From positions 159 to 64,158 of the forward strand of contig CAYJLD010000002.1 of the NCBI GenBank assembly GCA_964371195.1: 64,000 bases of DNA, in the 5' to 3' direction. The DNA comes from an uncultured Desulfovibrionaceae bacterium. GTDB taxonomy: Bacteria; Desulfobacterota; Desulfovibrionia; Desulfovibrionales; Desulfovibrionaceae. Shown here piece by piece: positions 18,135 through 27,741 of this stretch (positions are counted from its first letter, which is position 1; each line of letters begins with the position of its first letter). A program made the translations under genes and the position numbers. The notes beneath the pieces are model-generated. The model worked only from the letters and a program-made list of their open reading frames with translations. It was not told the DNA's origin and searched no databases.

Positions 18135-20198
18135 ATGCCAACAGATATGCGCATGCTAAACCTAGGTTGTGGAGATATTTACCATACCGACTGGGTGAAT
18201 GTAGACTTACAAGCTAAGCAAAATGCCATACTTGGCTATGATTTACGTCTGGGCATTCCTTTTGCTGACGCTAGCTTTGACGTGGTATATCATGCACATT
18301 TATTAGAATACATGCCTAAACCTTGGGCTGAATACCTTCTGCGTGAATGCTATAGGGTACTTAAGCCTGGTGGTACTTTACGAGTAGTAGTGGCAGACTT
18401 TGCCAATATGGTGCAAGCCTATATGCAAAGTCTTGTAGATATAGATGAGCATAAAGAGCATGCTCATGCTAAGCATGGATGGATGCTACAAGAAATCTTA
18501 ACTCCACTTATTAGTCCAGTAAGTAATAAACAGCTAAATGAATTTGCACAAAAACTATCCCCAAGCTTAGATAGTTTCATTCAAGATAGACTAGGTACAA
18601 AGCCGCGCAACTCATCACCACAAGACCAAGCACACTCTAAACAACAAATAAATATATTTGATGAACCCAAACACCCCATACCTCCAAGCCAAGATTTTTT
18701 AAGCTCCATGCAGCAAAAGCACTGGATGTATGATTACATATCCCTAAGCACACTTTTTACTCAGTGTAAATTTACTGAAATAACTAAACAAACTCACATC
18801 ACAAGCTTCATACCTCAGTTACAAAGATTTGAACTTGATAGCCACGCCGATGGAAGTGCGCGCCATACTAATTCCATCTACCTTGAGGCTAAAAAACAAC
18901 AACAAAATACAACAATAACCCCACGTATAGCCATGCTTTGTACAGCTGACCACGGTGGAGCTGGCAATGCTGCAGTGCGATTGCATGACGCTTTGCGATT
19001 GGAGGGTATGTCTAGTAATTTTTATGTAGCTCACCAGCGCGATTATAGTGAAAATGTTTATGTAATACCGGCTTATAGTGGACACATTGCATACATAGGC
19101 CAACACTTTGATAATGCCATACGCAGTGAGCTGCAACGCTGCTCACAAAAATTACATCATGAACTTTCACGCTATCCGAACCGCCCAGAAGGCTGCGAGC
19201 ACTTTTCCATACCAGCCCAATGCCTACCCTTAGAGCAAATAAGCATCTTAAGTGATTTTGACATATTACACTTGCACTGGATATCTGGCCTTTGTGACCC
19301 AAGCCTTGCAGTAGATTTTTTACGTAATAAAAAAATTGTTTGGACTTTACATGATATGAACGCCATGACAGGTGGCTGTCATTATAATGATGGATGCCGT
19401 AAATTTGAACAAGCTTGTGGGGCTTGCCCACAACTTGGTTCTACTCAAAACAATGATTTAGCTAATCAAACTTGGCGTTTACGTATGCAAACCTATAAAG
19501 AACTTGATTTGCACATTGTAACCCCAAGCTCTTGGCTTGCTAAAGAGGCAAAAAAAAGTGCCCTATTAAAAAATTTCCCCATACATACCATAGCATATGC
19601 CCAACCATTACATATCTTTAGGCCTATGCAACGCGAAAGTTTACGCGCATCACTAAATATTAACCAAAACAGATTAGTCCTTTTGTTTGCATCCCAAGTA
19701 CTTAACAACCGCAGAAAAGGAGCTATATATCTTTTAGAATTATTACAGGTACTTGTCAATACACCCTATAAAGATAATACCACTATCTTACTGCTTGGTA
19801 ATGCTAACAACACAGCTTTTAGCCATAGTGGCATGGATATTAAATACCTTGGACACATTAACGATAATGAGCAAATGGCCGCTATGTATAACATAGCTGA
19901 CGCCACTATTGTACCTTCGCTTGAGGACAATCAACCCAATGTAATTTGTGAATCATTAGCTTGTGGTACGGCCGTAGTAGCTTTTGCTGCTGGCGGCATC
20001 AGCGAAATGATAAAGCATAAAGAAACCGGATTTCTTGTAGAGCCCAAAAACCTTGAGCAATTAATAGCTGGCGTGCAATGGGCGCATAGTGTTTACCAAA
20101 ACCCAATAACCCGCAGACTATGCCGCGCTTATGCTATGGAACAATATAATATGTCTAAAAGTGCTAAATTATATCAAGATTTATACGCTAATCTCTAG
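18135..20198 (+). CDS. fusion protein: class I SAM-dependent methyltransferase (N) + GT4-type glycosyltransferase (C)
   Basis: The N-terminus LNLGCGDIYHTDWVNVDL ... YRVLKPGGTLRVVV is Methyltransf_11-like. The C-terminus EDNQPNVICESLACGTAVVAFAAGGISEMIKHKETGFLVEP is a GT-B signature. Confidence 0.75.
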   Translation: MPTDMRMLNLGCGDIYHTDWVNVDLQAKQNAILGYDLRLGIPFADASFDVVYHAHLLEYMPKPWAEYLLRECYRVLKPGGTLRVVVADFANMVQAYMQSLVDIDEHKEHAHAKHGWMLQEILTPLISPVSNKQLNEFAQKLSPSLDSFIQDRLGTKPRNSSPQDQAHSKQQINIFDEPKHPIPPSQDFLSSMQQKHWMYDYISLSTLFTQCKFTEITKQTHITSFIPQLQRFELDSHADGSARHTNSIYLEAKKQQQNTTITPRIAMLCTADHGGAGNAAVRLHDALRLEGMSSNFYVAHQRDYSENVYVIPAYSGHIAYIGQHFDNAIRSELQRCSQKLHHELSRYPNRPEGCEHFSIPAQCLPLEQISILSDFDILHLHWISGLCDPSLAVDFLRNKKIVWTLHDMNAMTGGCHYNDGCRKFEQACGACPQLGSTQNNDLANQTWRLRMQTYKELDLHIVTPSSWLAKEAKKSALLKNFPIHTIAYAQPLHIFRPMQRESLRASLNINQNRLVLLFASQVLNNRRKGAIYLLELLQVLVNTPYKDNTTILLLGNANNTAFSHSGMDIKYLGHINDNEQMAAMYNIADATIVPSLEDNQPNVICESLACGTAVVAFAAGGISEMIKHKETGFLVEPKNLEQLIAGVQWAHSVYQNPITRRLCRAYAMEQYNMSKSAKLYQDLYANL

Positions 20199-20304
20199 CT
20201 TTCTATACTTGACCTTTATTCCATGTTGGCCTAGCATAAACTTGAATAGTTCATAAAAATACATTTTTGCATTACGCATCAATAACCACCTAGGACAGAA
20301 AATA

Positions 20305-22725
20305 ATGTCTACTAAGCAGCATTCGCCAGTTAAAATTAACTCTAATGACCCTCATAGTGAGGCAAGGGCATTGCTTTGTGAGAATGAGTATTTTTCTACT
20401 CTTTGGACTGAAGACTTAAAGCTAATTGATGCTAATAAGGCTACATTAGAACTCTTTGCAATGGATAAAGAAAGCCTTTTAGCTTCTTTTTTTGATTTAT
20501 TCCCACCTTTTCAGCCCAATGGAGAAAACTCTGTCAGTGCAGCTATAAAAAAGCTAAATGACGCTTTAGAAAATGGGTTTACAGGATTTGAGTGGTCATT
20601 CTTAACCAAACAAGGACAAATGTTTTCTGCGCAAACGGCCTTAGTGCGCCATCGCATAAATGATAAATTTTATATTATTTCGCACTCTGCTAAAATCATA
20701 ATACAAACGAAACAATCAATAGAGCAAAATTATGAAAGAGGGCAAATTATACTTAAACATTTACCCTTTGGAGTAGATTTTTGGACAGATAAATTTGAAC
20801 TTGTTGATTGCAATGAAGGATCATTAAACTTATTTGGTTTGTCTTCAAAACAAGAATATTTTGATAATTTCCACACCTTTTCTCCAGAGTATCAACCTAA
20901 TGGACAACGCTCTGCTGACCTCATACCTCAGCACCTCAACAGAGCACTGCAAGAAGGTTATACAAAATTTGAATGGATGCACACCACACCCAAAGGAGAA
21001 GAACTACCTATTGAAGCAACCTTAGTTTGCGCTGAAAATAATGGTGAAAAATCTATTATAGTATATTACAAAGATTTACGTGAGATTAAACAAGGTATTA
21101 AAAAAACAAAAAAAATAGAACAACGCTTAATTCATATTCTTAATGCTGCTCCCTACTCTATCACTTTATGGAATAAAGACGCACAACCTATTGATTGTAA
21201 CGATGCAACACTAGTCTTTTTTGGTTTTGACTCGAAAGAGGAATACTTCACCAAATATTATCATGCCCTACCTTCTTTCAAAAGAACTGGTATTCTTGGT
21301 GAAGGTCCATTCTACGACATTTTCAAGCAAGTTTTTGAAGAAGGCTATGCTTTTTATGAAGGAGAAATTGGTCATTATAAAAGTGATGATTTATTTTTTG
21401 TAGAAGTAATAATTAGAAGGGTTATTATTGATGATGAAGTCTTTGCTATATCATATCTAAATGATTTGACATATCAAAAGGCTATGCTTAATGAAATTGT
21501 TAAAAGCCACAGAGAAGCTTCCATAGCACGTGATGTTGCAGAAAGAAGTACCAAGGTTAAAAGTGAATTTCTAGCTAATATGAGTCATGAGATTCGTACG
21601 CCAATGAATGGAATTCTTGGTCTTATTCATTTACTTAGCTTTACTAATTTTGATGAGCAACAAAAAGAATATGTTGATAAAATTCGTTACTCGGCAGAAA
21701 GCTTGTTAAGAATTATCAATGATATTCTTGATTTTTCAAAAATTGAAGCCGGTAAACTTGAAATAGAGAATACAAGCTTCACTTTAGAAGAAATTAAAGA
21801 AGAACTCTATGCTCTATTTGAAGCTAAATTTGCAGAAAAAAATCTAAATGGCCAAATATTCAATGAAAATACTGAAAATATTAAACTTATTGGTGACCCG
21901 CTTCGTTTAAAACAGGTGCTACTTAATTTAATTGGTAATGCTATTAAATTTACTGATGAAGGCTCTATTGTTGCCGATGTTACCTTAGATGTTGACTATG
22001 ATAATAATAAAGTACATTGCAAGTTTAGTGTTACAGATACTGGCATTGGTCTAAGCATTGAGCATAATAAGCGACTTTTTAGCGCTTTTAGTCAAGCCGA
22101 TGCTTCAACTACCAGAAAATATGGCGGTACAGGACTTGGTCTTGTTATATCTAAACGCATCGTAGAAATAATGAACGGAAAAATATGGGTAGAAAGCGAA
22201 GAAGGCAAAGGTTCTAAGTTTTACTTTACTGCCGAATTTGCGCTTGATACCACACCCATGCCCGAACTTGAAGACTTCGCTAATTTAGATAACATTAAAA
22301 ATATGGAAGGTGTAGACTCTGCTCTAGAAGATGACCCTAGCCAGAACCATTTTGGATATATCTTATTGGTAGAAGATAATGAAATAAATCAACTAATCGC
22401 CAATGAGTTACTCACGATTAAAGGACATAAGGTTGACATTGCAAATAATGGTCAAGAAGCAATTGAAATGATACATAAAAATAATTATGACATTGTCCTA
22501 ATGGACATACAAATGCCCATATTGGATGGCCTCACAGCTACAAAAACATTACGTGAAGATCAAAAATATAAAGACTTGCCAATTATTGCTATGTCAGCTC
22601 ATGCCATGAAGGGAGATAGAGAAATTAGCCTAAGCCATGGAATGAATGATCACTTATCAAAACCTATTAATCCTCAAGATTTATATACTTGCCTTAACTC
22701 TTGGATTATAAAAAAATCAATATAG
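20305..22725 (+). CDS. cytoplasmic multi-PAS hybrid sensor histidine kinase / response regulator
   Basis: H-box FLANMSHEIRTPMNGILG, N box IGNAIKFT, G boxes DTGIGL / GGTGLGL, receiver DIVLMDIQMPILDG ... LSKP. No TM segment was seen. Confidence 0.85.
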   Translation: MSTKQHSPVKINSNDPHSEARALLCENEYFSTLWTEDLKLIDANKATLELFAMDKESLLASFFDLFPPFQPNGENSVSAAIKKLNDALENGFTGFEWSFLTKQGQMFSAQTALVRHRINDKFYIISHSAKIIIQTKQSIEQNYERGQIILKHLPFGVDFWTDKFELVDCNEGSLNLFGLSSKQEYFDNFHTFSPEYQPNGQRSADLIPQHLNRALQEGYTKFEWMHTTPKGEELPIEATLVCAENNGEKSIIVYYKDLREIKQGIKKTKKIEQRLIHILNAAPYSITLWNKDAQPIDCNDATLVFFGFDSKEEYFTKYYHALPSFKRTGILGEGPFYDIFKQVFEEGYAFYEGEIGHYKSDDLFFVEVIIRRVIIDDEVFAISYLNDLTYQKAMLNEIVKSHREASIARDVAERSTKVKSEFLANMSHEIRTPMNGILGLIHLLSFTNFDEQQKEYVDKIRYSAESLLRIINDILDFSKIEAGKLEIENTSFTLEEIKEELYALFEAKFAEKNLNGQIFNENTENIKLIGDPLRLKQVLLNLIGNAIKFTDEGSIVADVTLDVDYDNNKVHCKFSVTDTGIGLSIEHNKRLFSAFSQADASTTRKYGGTGLGLVISKRIVEIMNGKIWVESEEGKGSKFYFTAEFALDTTPMPELEDFANLDNIKNMEGVDSALEDDPSQNHFGYILLVEDNEINQLIANELLTIKGHKVDIANNGQEAIEMIHKNNYDIVLMDIQMPILDGLTATKTLREDQKYKDLPIIAMSAHAMKGDREISLSHGMNDHLSKPINPQDLYTCLNSWIIKKSI

Positions 22726-22976
22726 CACAAAAAAATGTAATAAAATTCATTGCAGTGCTCGTGTGATTAGTTAGTCGAAACTGGATAACATAACAATTAG
22801 TTAAAACAAAATAGTTTTGCAGGTGAAATAAACCAATAAAATTATCAGAAACAAATGCATATAATGCGAATTTCTGGCAATTTTTATAATGCAAGGAGAC
22901 AATTTTTCATCTGACTACTAACAAAGTTTTTCTAAAAGAAAATTTTTGCACGGCGTAAAACGGGCAGGCTTATCTT

Positions 22977-23507
22977 TTAGTCGTCTAAAAACTCACAATG
23001 TGTAAGGCTCACATAATCATCATTAAACAAGCCTTTGCTAATACCAGCCAGAGTCACCTCCGCCCCTACCTCCAATTGTGCGAGTCGTTTTTTAGCACTA
23101 GTTGGAAATTCACAACGAACACCAGTTACACCAAAGGCATCCAGTGCAAACACAATTTCTGGAAAACCTAGAGCAGAGGTTCCTACCTTATGGACCTTAC
23201 CGTGTACGGAAATAAGTAAGTCTGAATACAGTTCCGTAGCAACTAATATATGCTCCATATATAGATGATAAAGTTCATTTACACTAAATTTTCTTTGCAG
23301 AGCATATTTTTTACGACACTGCTTTTCCACATCACTCTTATTGTCCGCCTTTTGAGCTTTTTCTAAGCATTTTTTATATTCACCTCGCTCACGTATTAAC
23401 TCTTGCATCATAGTATGTTTTTTTCTGCCACCTATTTCATGTGCTTCCATAACACTTGGACTTAGCATGCAAAATATAATCAAAAAGCCGAAAATATTAA
23501 GTTTCAT
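22977..23507 (-). CDS. secreted hypothetical protein with an OB-fold (tRNA_anti-like) C-terminal pattern
   Basis: Signal peptide MKLNIFGFLIIFCMLSPSVMEA. The C-terminal pattern ELYSDLLISVHGKVHKVG ... VRCEFP ... LEVGAEVTLAGISKG ... LTHCEF resembles OB-fold lipoproteins (memory only). Confidence 0.45.
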   Translation of the reverse strand: MKLNIFGFLIIFCMLSPSVMEAHEIGGRKKHTMMQELIRERGEYKKCLEKAQKADNKSDVEKQCRKKYALQRKFSVNELYHLYMEHILVATELYSDLLISVHGKVHKVGTSALGFPEIVFALDAFGVTGVRCEFPTSAKKRLAQLEVGAEVTLAGISKGLFNDDYVSLTHCEFLDD

Positions 23508-23576
23508 TATAACCTCAATTTAACATTAGTAAAAAGATAATAATAGTTCACTAGCCTATTAAATAATTTCTTTTAC

Positions 23577-23610
23577 ACAAAAAACGCCACGCCCTAAAAG
23601 AGCATGGCGT
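23577..23610 (-). terminator. Rho-independent terminator of the 1251-aa (from ATG 27391) hybrid kinase gene
   Basis: On the minus strand, ACGCCATG pairs with CGTGGCGT (23603..23610 / 23584..23591, one G-U pair), followed by TTTTTT. Confidence 0.65.
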
Positions 23611-23635
23611 CTTGCATTATATTAAAGAAACAAAA

Positions 23636-26600
23636 TCAATTGCGCTTGCCAAGATACATTTTCAATATATCTATCAATTTTTCCATGTCTATAGGTTTAG
23701 CCACATGCCCATTCATGCCGCTTTCAAAGGCCATATCTATATCATCTTGGAATGCATTAGCTGTCATGGCTACAATGGGTACACTCTGTGCATCAATGCG
23801 TTCAAGTTTACGTATAGCTTTTGAAGTTTCATAACCATTCATCTTAGGCATTTGAATATCCATAAATATTAAATCATAGAAGCCTTCTTCAGAGGCTGCA
23901 AATATTTCCACTGCCTCAGTACCGTCACAAGCTTCATCAATAACAAGCTCAAAAGGAGATAACAATTCCATGGCTATGATACGATTTATATCCACATCAT
24001 CAACTAACAATACACGCTTACCAGGTGTTATAGCCATGGTATCGTCACTTTCTTCAGTTGAGAGTGCAGTCACATCTTCCTTAAGCCATAGAGAGAAGTG
24101 GAAATCACTTCCTTTGTTTTCTTCACTTTGCACACTAATGTCACTACCTAAGAGCATAGCAATACTACGGCTAATAGAAAGACCAAGACCAGTGCCTCCA
24201 TATACCCTAGTTATATGCCCACCACCTTGCTCAAATGGAACAAACAGTGACTTTAATTTTTCAGGAGCAATACCAATACCTGTATCTGCCACTGAGAAAT
24301 ACACTAAGGTTTTACCATCTTTGCGTTCTTTTTGCTGTAAAGTAAAAGTAATATCACCCAGTTCTGGAGTAAATTTAACAGCATTTCCGAGTAAATTAAT
24401 GAGTACTTGACGCAAGCGTAAGACATCTGAGACAAAACGTTTATGCTCAAGCCCATCGATATTAACTGTAAATTTAATATTCTTACTAATACAACGCGGA
24501 GTGATAATTGATGCAACATCATCCACTAATTTTGATATATCAAAACTTTCTTCACTAAGTTCAATTTTGCCAGCTTCAATCTTGGATATATCAAGAATAT
24601 CATTTAGCAAACCAAGCAAGTGCATGGATGAGGATTCAATTTGATGCACATGTGGCAGCAAATCTTCCTTAGTGCACGCACGTTCTCCCAATTTACGTTT
24701 AGTAATGTTGGTCATGCCAATAATAGCATTCATAGGTGTACGTATTTCGTGGCTCATGCGGGCCAAGAATTCACTCTTAGACTTACTGGCATTGGTAGCT
24801 TCTGTCACGGCTTGAATAAGATCCGTTTGAATTTGGCGAAGCTCCTTCTCAGCAGCAACACGTGAAGAAACATCGCGCCCTACCCCAAGTATGCCACGAA
24901 TAGAGCCATCATGTGCAAAAATAGGTGTACGTACAATATCTAATATTTCTTCATGGCCATCGGCAAATGAAATTCGATATTCATTATATGTCGATTTTCC
25001 ACCCTCTAATACCTCGCGATCATTGTCAGAACTATTTTGATATAACTGTTCTGACAGTAACTCTTTATCAGATCTACCATGTATTTCTTCTGGGGTAAGA
25101 CCAAGCAAAGCAGAAAAACGTGGATTTACAGCCAGATACACACCTTCGGTTGACTTATACCAAATCAAATCTGGTGAAGCTGAAAGTACCATATCAAGCA
25201 TAGCGCGTTCACGCTCAATACGTTCTTGTTCTGTAATTAAATTGGTTATATCTTCTGAGCTTATAATATAGCCAACCTTATTACCCGCTTTATCCAATAA
25301 GTAGGCAGCTGTGCCTTTATAGTACTTTTGTTGCACATTAGAAAAATGGATAGGAAATTCTTTACCTTCCAAAAGTGCATCAATAGGGCAATTATACGTA
25401 CCAAACAAACTAATGGTACTATAATTTTCACCTATTATCTCATCAAGTTGCTTATTAACAACAGCCAAGGCAAAATCATTAACATAAATTACATTACGGT
25501 CAATATCAGTAATAACCATTGGATTTTTAACACTGGTTACAATACTGTTAAATAAATCATCAAGTGAGTTACATAGGATGCCTAGTTCGTCTTTTACTTC
25601 TTCATTAAACCTAAAGCTACGCTCACCTAAACTAAAACGTGAAATACCCCTAATAAGCCTTGTAATATTCTTAGTTATGCTAGAAGCCATGATAACAGCA
25701 ATAAAGATAACTAACAAAGTCATAACTAGTGTGGAGAGAGAAAGACTTGTGGCTGTATTCCATAAGTTTCTAGTAATTGCTTCAAAGGTCAACTCTGAAA
25801 CGGCAGTGAGTTCTTTATCTGTATTTTCAACAAGTTGCTGTATTGTTGCTTGTGTTTCTAATGCGGGGCGATGGAAATCATCAACACCAACGGTAACAGT
25901 AACAATACCAAAACCACGTAAGTTATTACCATATTGACCAGTGTAATAGGGTATGGCTGAAACAGTAGTAAGCTTCCATAAGCCACTCCATAATATGAGG
26001 AATGAACCAGACCCACCATCTTGAGATAAATTATACCAACCCGTGCATTGTGGAGCAAAGTTTAAATAGCGACAATCAAGCCCCACAAGACCTTGCTTAA
26101 CCAAGTCAATGGCTGGTTTTACTTCTCGGCGTTGATCTGTAAATTCTGGTTCACCTACAATGAACTCTGCGTAGCTTTGTCCACTTTCTTGCCATTTCTT
26201 ATATGTGTCAGCATCAAGAAAAGGCATTGTGGGGTCACCAGTTTCTGGGTCATACCCAGCAATAGAGTGATGCCTTGGGTGGGCAATACTACGACCTTTG
26301 TGGTCCCATATGAAGGTGTAGTTTCCTGCTGCTGCGCTGGAAATATCAGAGTAACGCTCTGATTGTGGGACTAAATTTTCCACTGCAGCTAAAATATGAT
26401 CATGATTAAGAGCCATGGTCACATAGCCAACTATCTTATCATTTTTAACAACAGGTGTTGCCCAACGAACTATACCTACAAAACGCTTACCATTGGGATT
26501 TTCATCACCCACGTAGGCTGACTTTTCTGGTTCATAAGGTATACCTTTCTTCTCGGCAGCTTCAGGTGTATACATACCAATGATTTTGGTTCCTACATAT

Positions 26601-27391
26601 TCACCAATAACGTCAGAAACGTATATTTCACCAGGCTTAAGCTCTTTTAGCTTCTCAAAATAATTCTCAGCCCTACAAAAGGTATTTTTCTTATCAGATA
26701 CATCCTTCAGCTCAGGATCCATAACATCAGATGATGTAACTTTGATCTTTTCCTGACCATTTAAATCAATATAGGTTAATTCACGATAAATAGGGACAAA
26801 TTCATATTCAAAATTGTCTGGCGGACGATAGCGATAACGAGTACTATTTTGTTCATTAACTAGGCTAATTTCTGGAGATTTTTTAAATTCAGTTGTGGGC
26901 ACCCAAGATTTGCCATCTTCTGCAAGTTCCCATTTTCTTGGTTTAACAATACGCTCAACTTTATCTCGAATAAATACCTTAAAAGTTTCTTCACTGATGG
27001 GAATAGAAGATAAAATACGTAAATCAGTATCACGATTATATAAAAAGCTTGAAACACGTAGTGCCGTGTCCGTAGTCATACGCTCAATTTCTTCTGTGGC
27101 TCTATCATCAAGCGCTTCAACAGCATCACTAACGGCAATATCACCGGCATTAGCAAATTCACGCACAGCCTGCTGGGCCATATTTTCTGTACGTGTGCGC
27201 ATTTCGTCTCCAAGGTTCACCGCTTGATTCCACGCCACTAGGGCAATAAGAATTAAGGGTACAACCTTAATCACAACAAATAGTAAAATTAACTTGGCAC
27301 GCATGCCCAACCCCATATTGGTAAGAATTTTACCAATCCATGAAGAAGCGGCATTTATGGGCGAATTGTGAGATGAATTTGTATTTTTCAT
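23636..27391 (-). CDS. membrane hybrid sensor histidine kinase / response regulator with a large periplasmic (Cache-like) domain, HAMP and two PAS domains
   Basis: TMs LILLFVVIKVVPLILIALVAW and LSTLVMTLLVIFIAVIMASSI. H-box FLARMSHEIRTPMNAIIG, GNAVKFT, DTGIGI, GGTGLGLSI, receiver DLIFMDIQMPKMNG. The ATG at 27391 (MKNTNSS) is preferred over the alternative start at 27415. Confidence 0.85.
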   Translation of the reverse strand: MKNTNSSHNSPINAASSWIGKILTNMGLGMRAKLILLFVVIKVVPLILIALVAWNQAVNLGDEMRTRTENMAQQAVREFANAGDIAVSDAVEALDDRATEEIERMTTDTALRVSSFLYNRDTDLRILSSIPISEETFKVFIRDKVERIVKPRKWELAEDGKSWVPTTEFKKSPEISLVNEQNSTRYRYRPPDNFEYEFVPIYRELTYIDLNGQEKIKVTSSDVMDPELKDVSDKKNTFCRAENYFEKLKELKPGEIYVSDVIGEYVGTKIIGMYTPEAAEKKGIPYEPEKSAYVGDENPNGKRFVGIVRWATPVVKNDKIVGYVTMALNHDHILAAVENLVPQSERYSDISSAAAGNYTFIWDHKGRSIAHPRHHSIAGYDPETGDPTMPFLDADTYKKWQESGQSYAEFIVGEPEFTDQRREVKPAIDLVKQGLVGLDCRYLNFAPQCTGWYNLSQDGGSGSFLILWSGLWKLTTVSAIPYYTGQYGNNLRGFGIVTVTVGVDDFHRPALETQATIQQLVENTDKELTAVSELTFEAITRNLWNTATSLSLSTLVMTLLVIFIAVIMASSITKNITRLIRGISRFSLGERSFRFNEEVKDELGILCNSLDDLFNSIVTSVKNPMVITDIDRNVIYVNDFALAVVNKQLDEIIGENYSTISLFGTYNCPIDALLEGKEFPIHFSNVQQKYYKGTAAYLLDKAGNKVGYIISSEDITNLITEQERIERERAMLDMVLSASPDLIWYKSTEGVYLAVNPRFSALLGLTPEEIHGRSDKELLSEQLYQNSSDNDREVLEGGKSTYNEYRISFADGHEEILDIVRTPIFAHDGSIRGILGVGRDVSSRVAAEKELRQIQTDLIQAVTEATNASKSKSEFLARMSHEIRTPMNAIIGMTNITKRKLGERACTKEDLLPHVHQIESSSMHLLGLLNDILDISKIEAGKIELSEESFDISKLVDDVASIITPRCISKNIKFTVNIDGLEHKRFVSDVLRLRQVLINLLGNAVKFTPELGDITFTLQQKERKDGKTLVYFSVADTGIGIAPEKLKSLFVPFEQGGGHITRVYGGTGLGLSISRSIAMLLGSDISVQSEENKGSDFHFSLWLKEDVTALSTEESDDTMAITPGKRVLLVDDVDINRIIAMELLSPFELVIDEACDGTEAVEIFAASEEGFYDLIFMDIQMPKMNGYETSKAIRKLERIDAQSVPIVAMTANAFQDDIDMAFESGMNGHVAKPIDMEKLIDILKMYLGKRN

Positions 27392-27544
27392 AATAAATAC
27401 CAATTGCACTAGCACCCAGAGTGGATGAGTTAGACTTTAACGAAACACCGTGAATTAATATACACAAATACAATACGATTGTCACTAATATTTTGAGCAA
27501 AATTATATTTTTTTATCAAAAAAAATCTGTAAAATCACCACAAA

Positions 27545-27714
27545 AGAGCAAAAAATAATATATTGAGAGTGCTGACAAAGTCAGCACGACCGATAAATCA
27601 GGAATAGGCGGAGCTTTGCTTCGCCGTTAAGTGACTGATTTTCGTGCCTTACTGCCAAGACAGCTTGCCTGCCTTCGGCGGCACAAACGCCTGAAAGGGG
27701 GTTTGTCATCAGTC
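27545..27714 (-). ncRNA. candidate structured RNA of unknown class (strand assignment tentative)
   Basis: GC-rich island in an AT-rich spacer. Hairpins: 27569..27587 (8 bp perfect) and 27608..27626. GTGCC/GGCAC (27644..27648 / 27680..27684) encloses two small hairpins. Also CAAAC/GTTTG (27684..27688 / 27701..27705), and a 7-bp closing helix GACTGAT/ATCAGTC (27633..27639 / 27708..27714). On the minus strand a TACAAT box (27724..27719) precedes the element, and the 27587..27569 hairpin is followed by a U-rich tail. Confidence 0.3.
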
Positions 27715-27741
27715 TGATATTGTATACTGTTTGTAAGAATG

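Noticed and set aside
27589-27596. Sigma-28 (FliA) -10 box, ACCGATAA
   Set aside because: There is no TAAA-type -35 element at the required 11-15-nt spacing, and the sequence lies inside the structured element.
27545-27714. Signal recognition particle (4.5S) RNA
   Set aside because: The minus-strand GCCGCC-GAAG-GCAGGC hairpin superficially resembles SRP helix 8 with a GNAR loop. However, the near-invariant AGG ... AGCA symmetric-loop nucleotides and the GGAA context are missing on both strands.
27545-27714. Known riboswitch classes (c-di-GMP-I/GEMM, glycine, TPP, ZTP, fluoride) or 6S RNA
   Set aside because: Only short fragments resemble consensus blocks (for example ACAAACC, GCGAAGCAAAGC, CCGCCGAAGG), and they occur in the wrong order or spacing. 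The 5' and 3' ends do not form the long closing helix of 6S RNA. cmscan is needed for a definitive answer.
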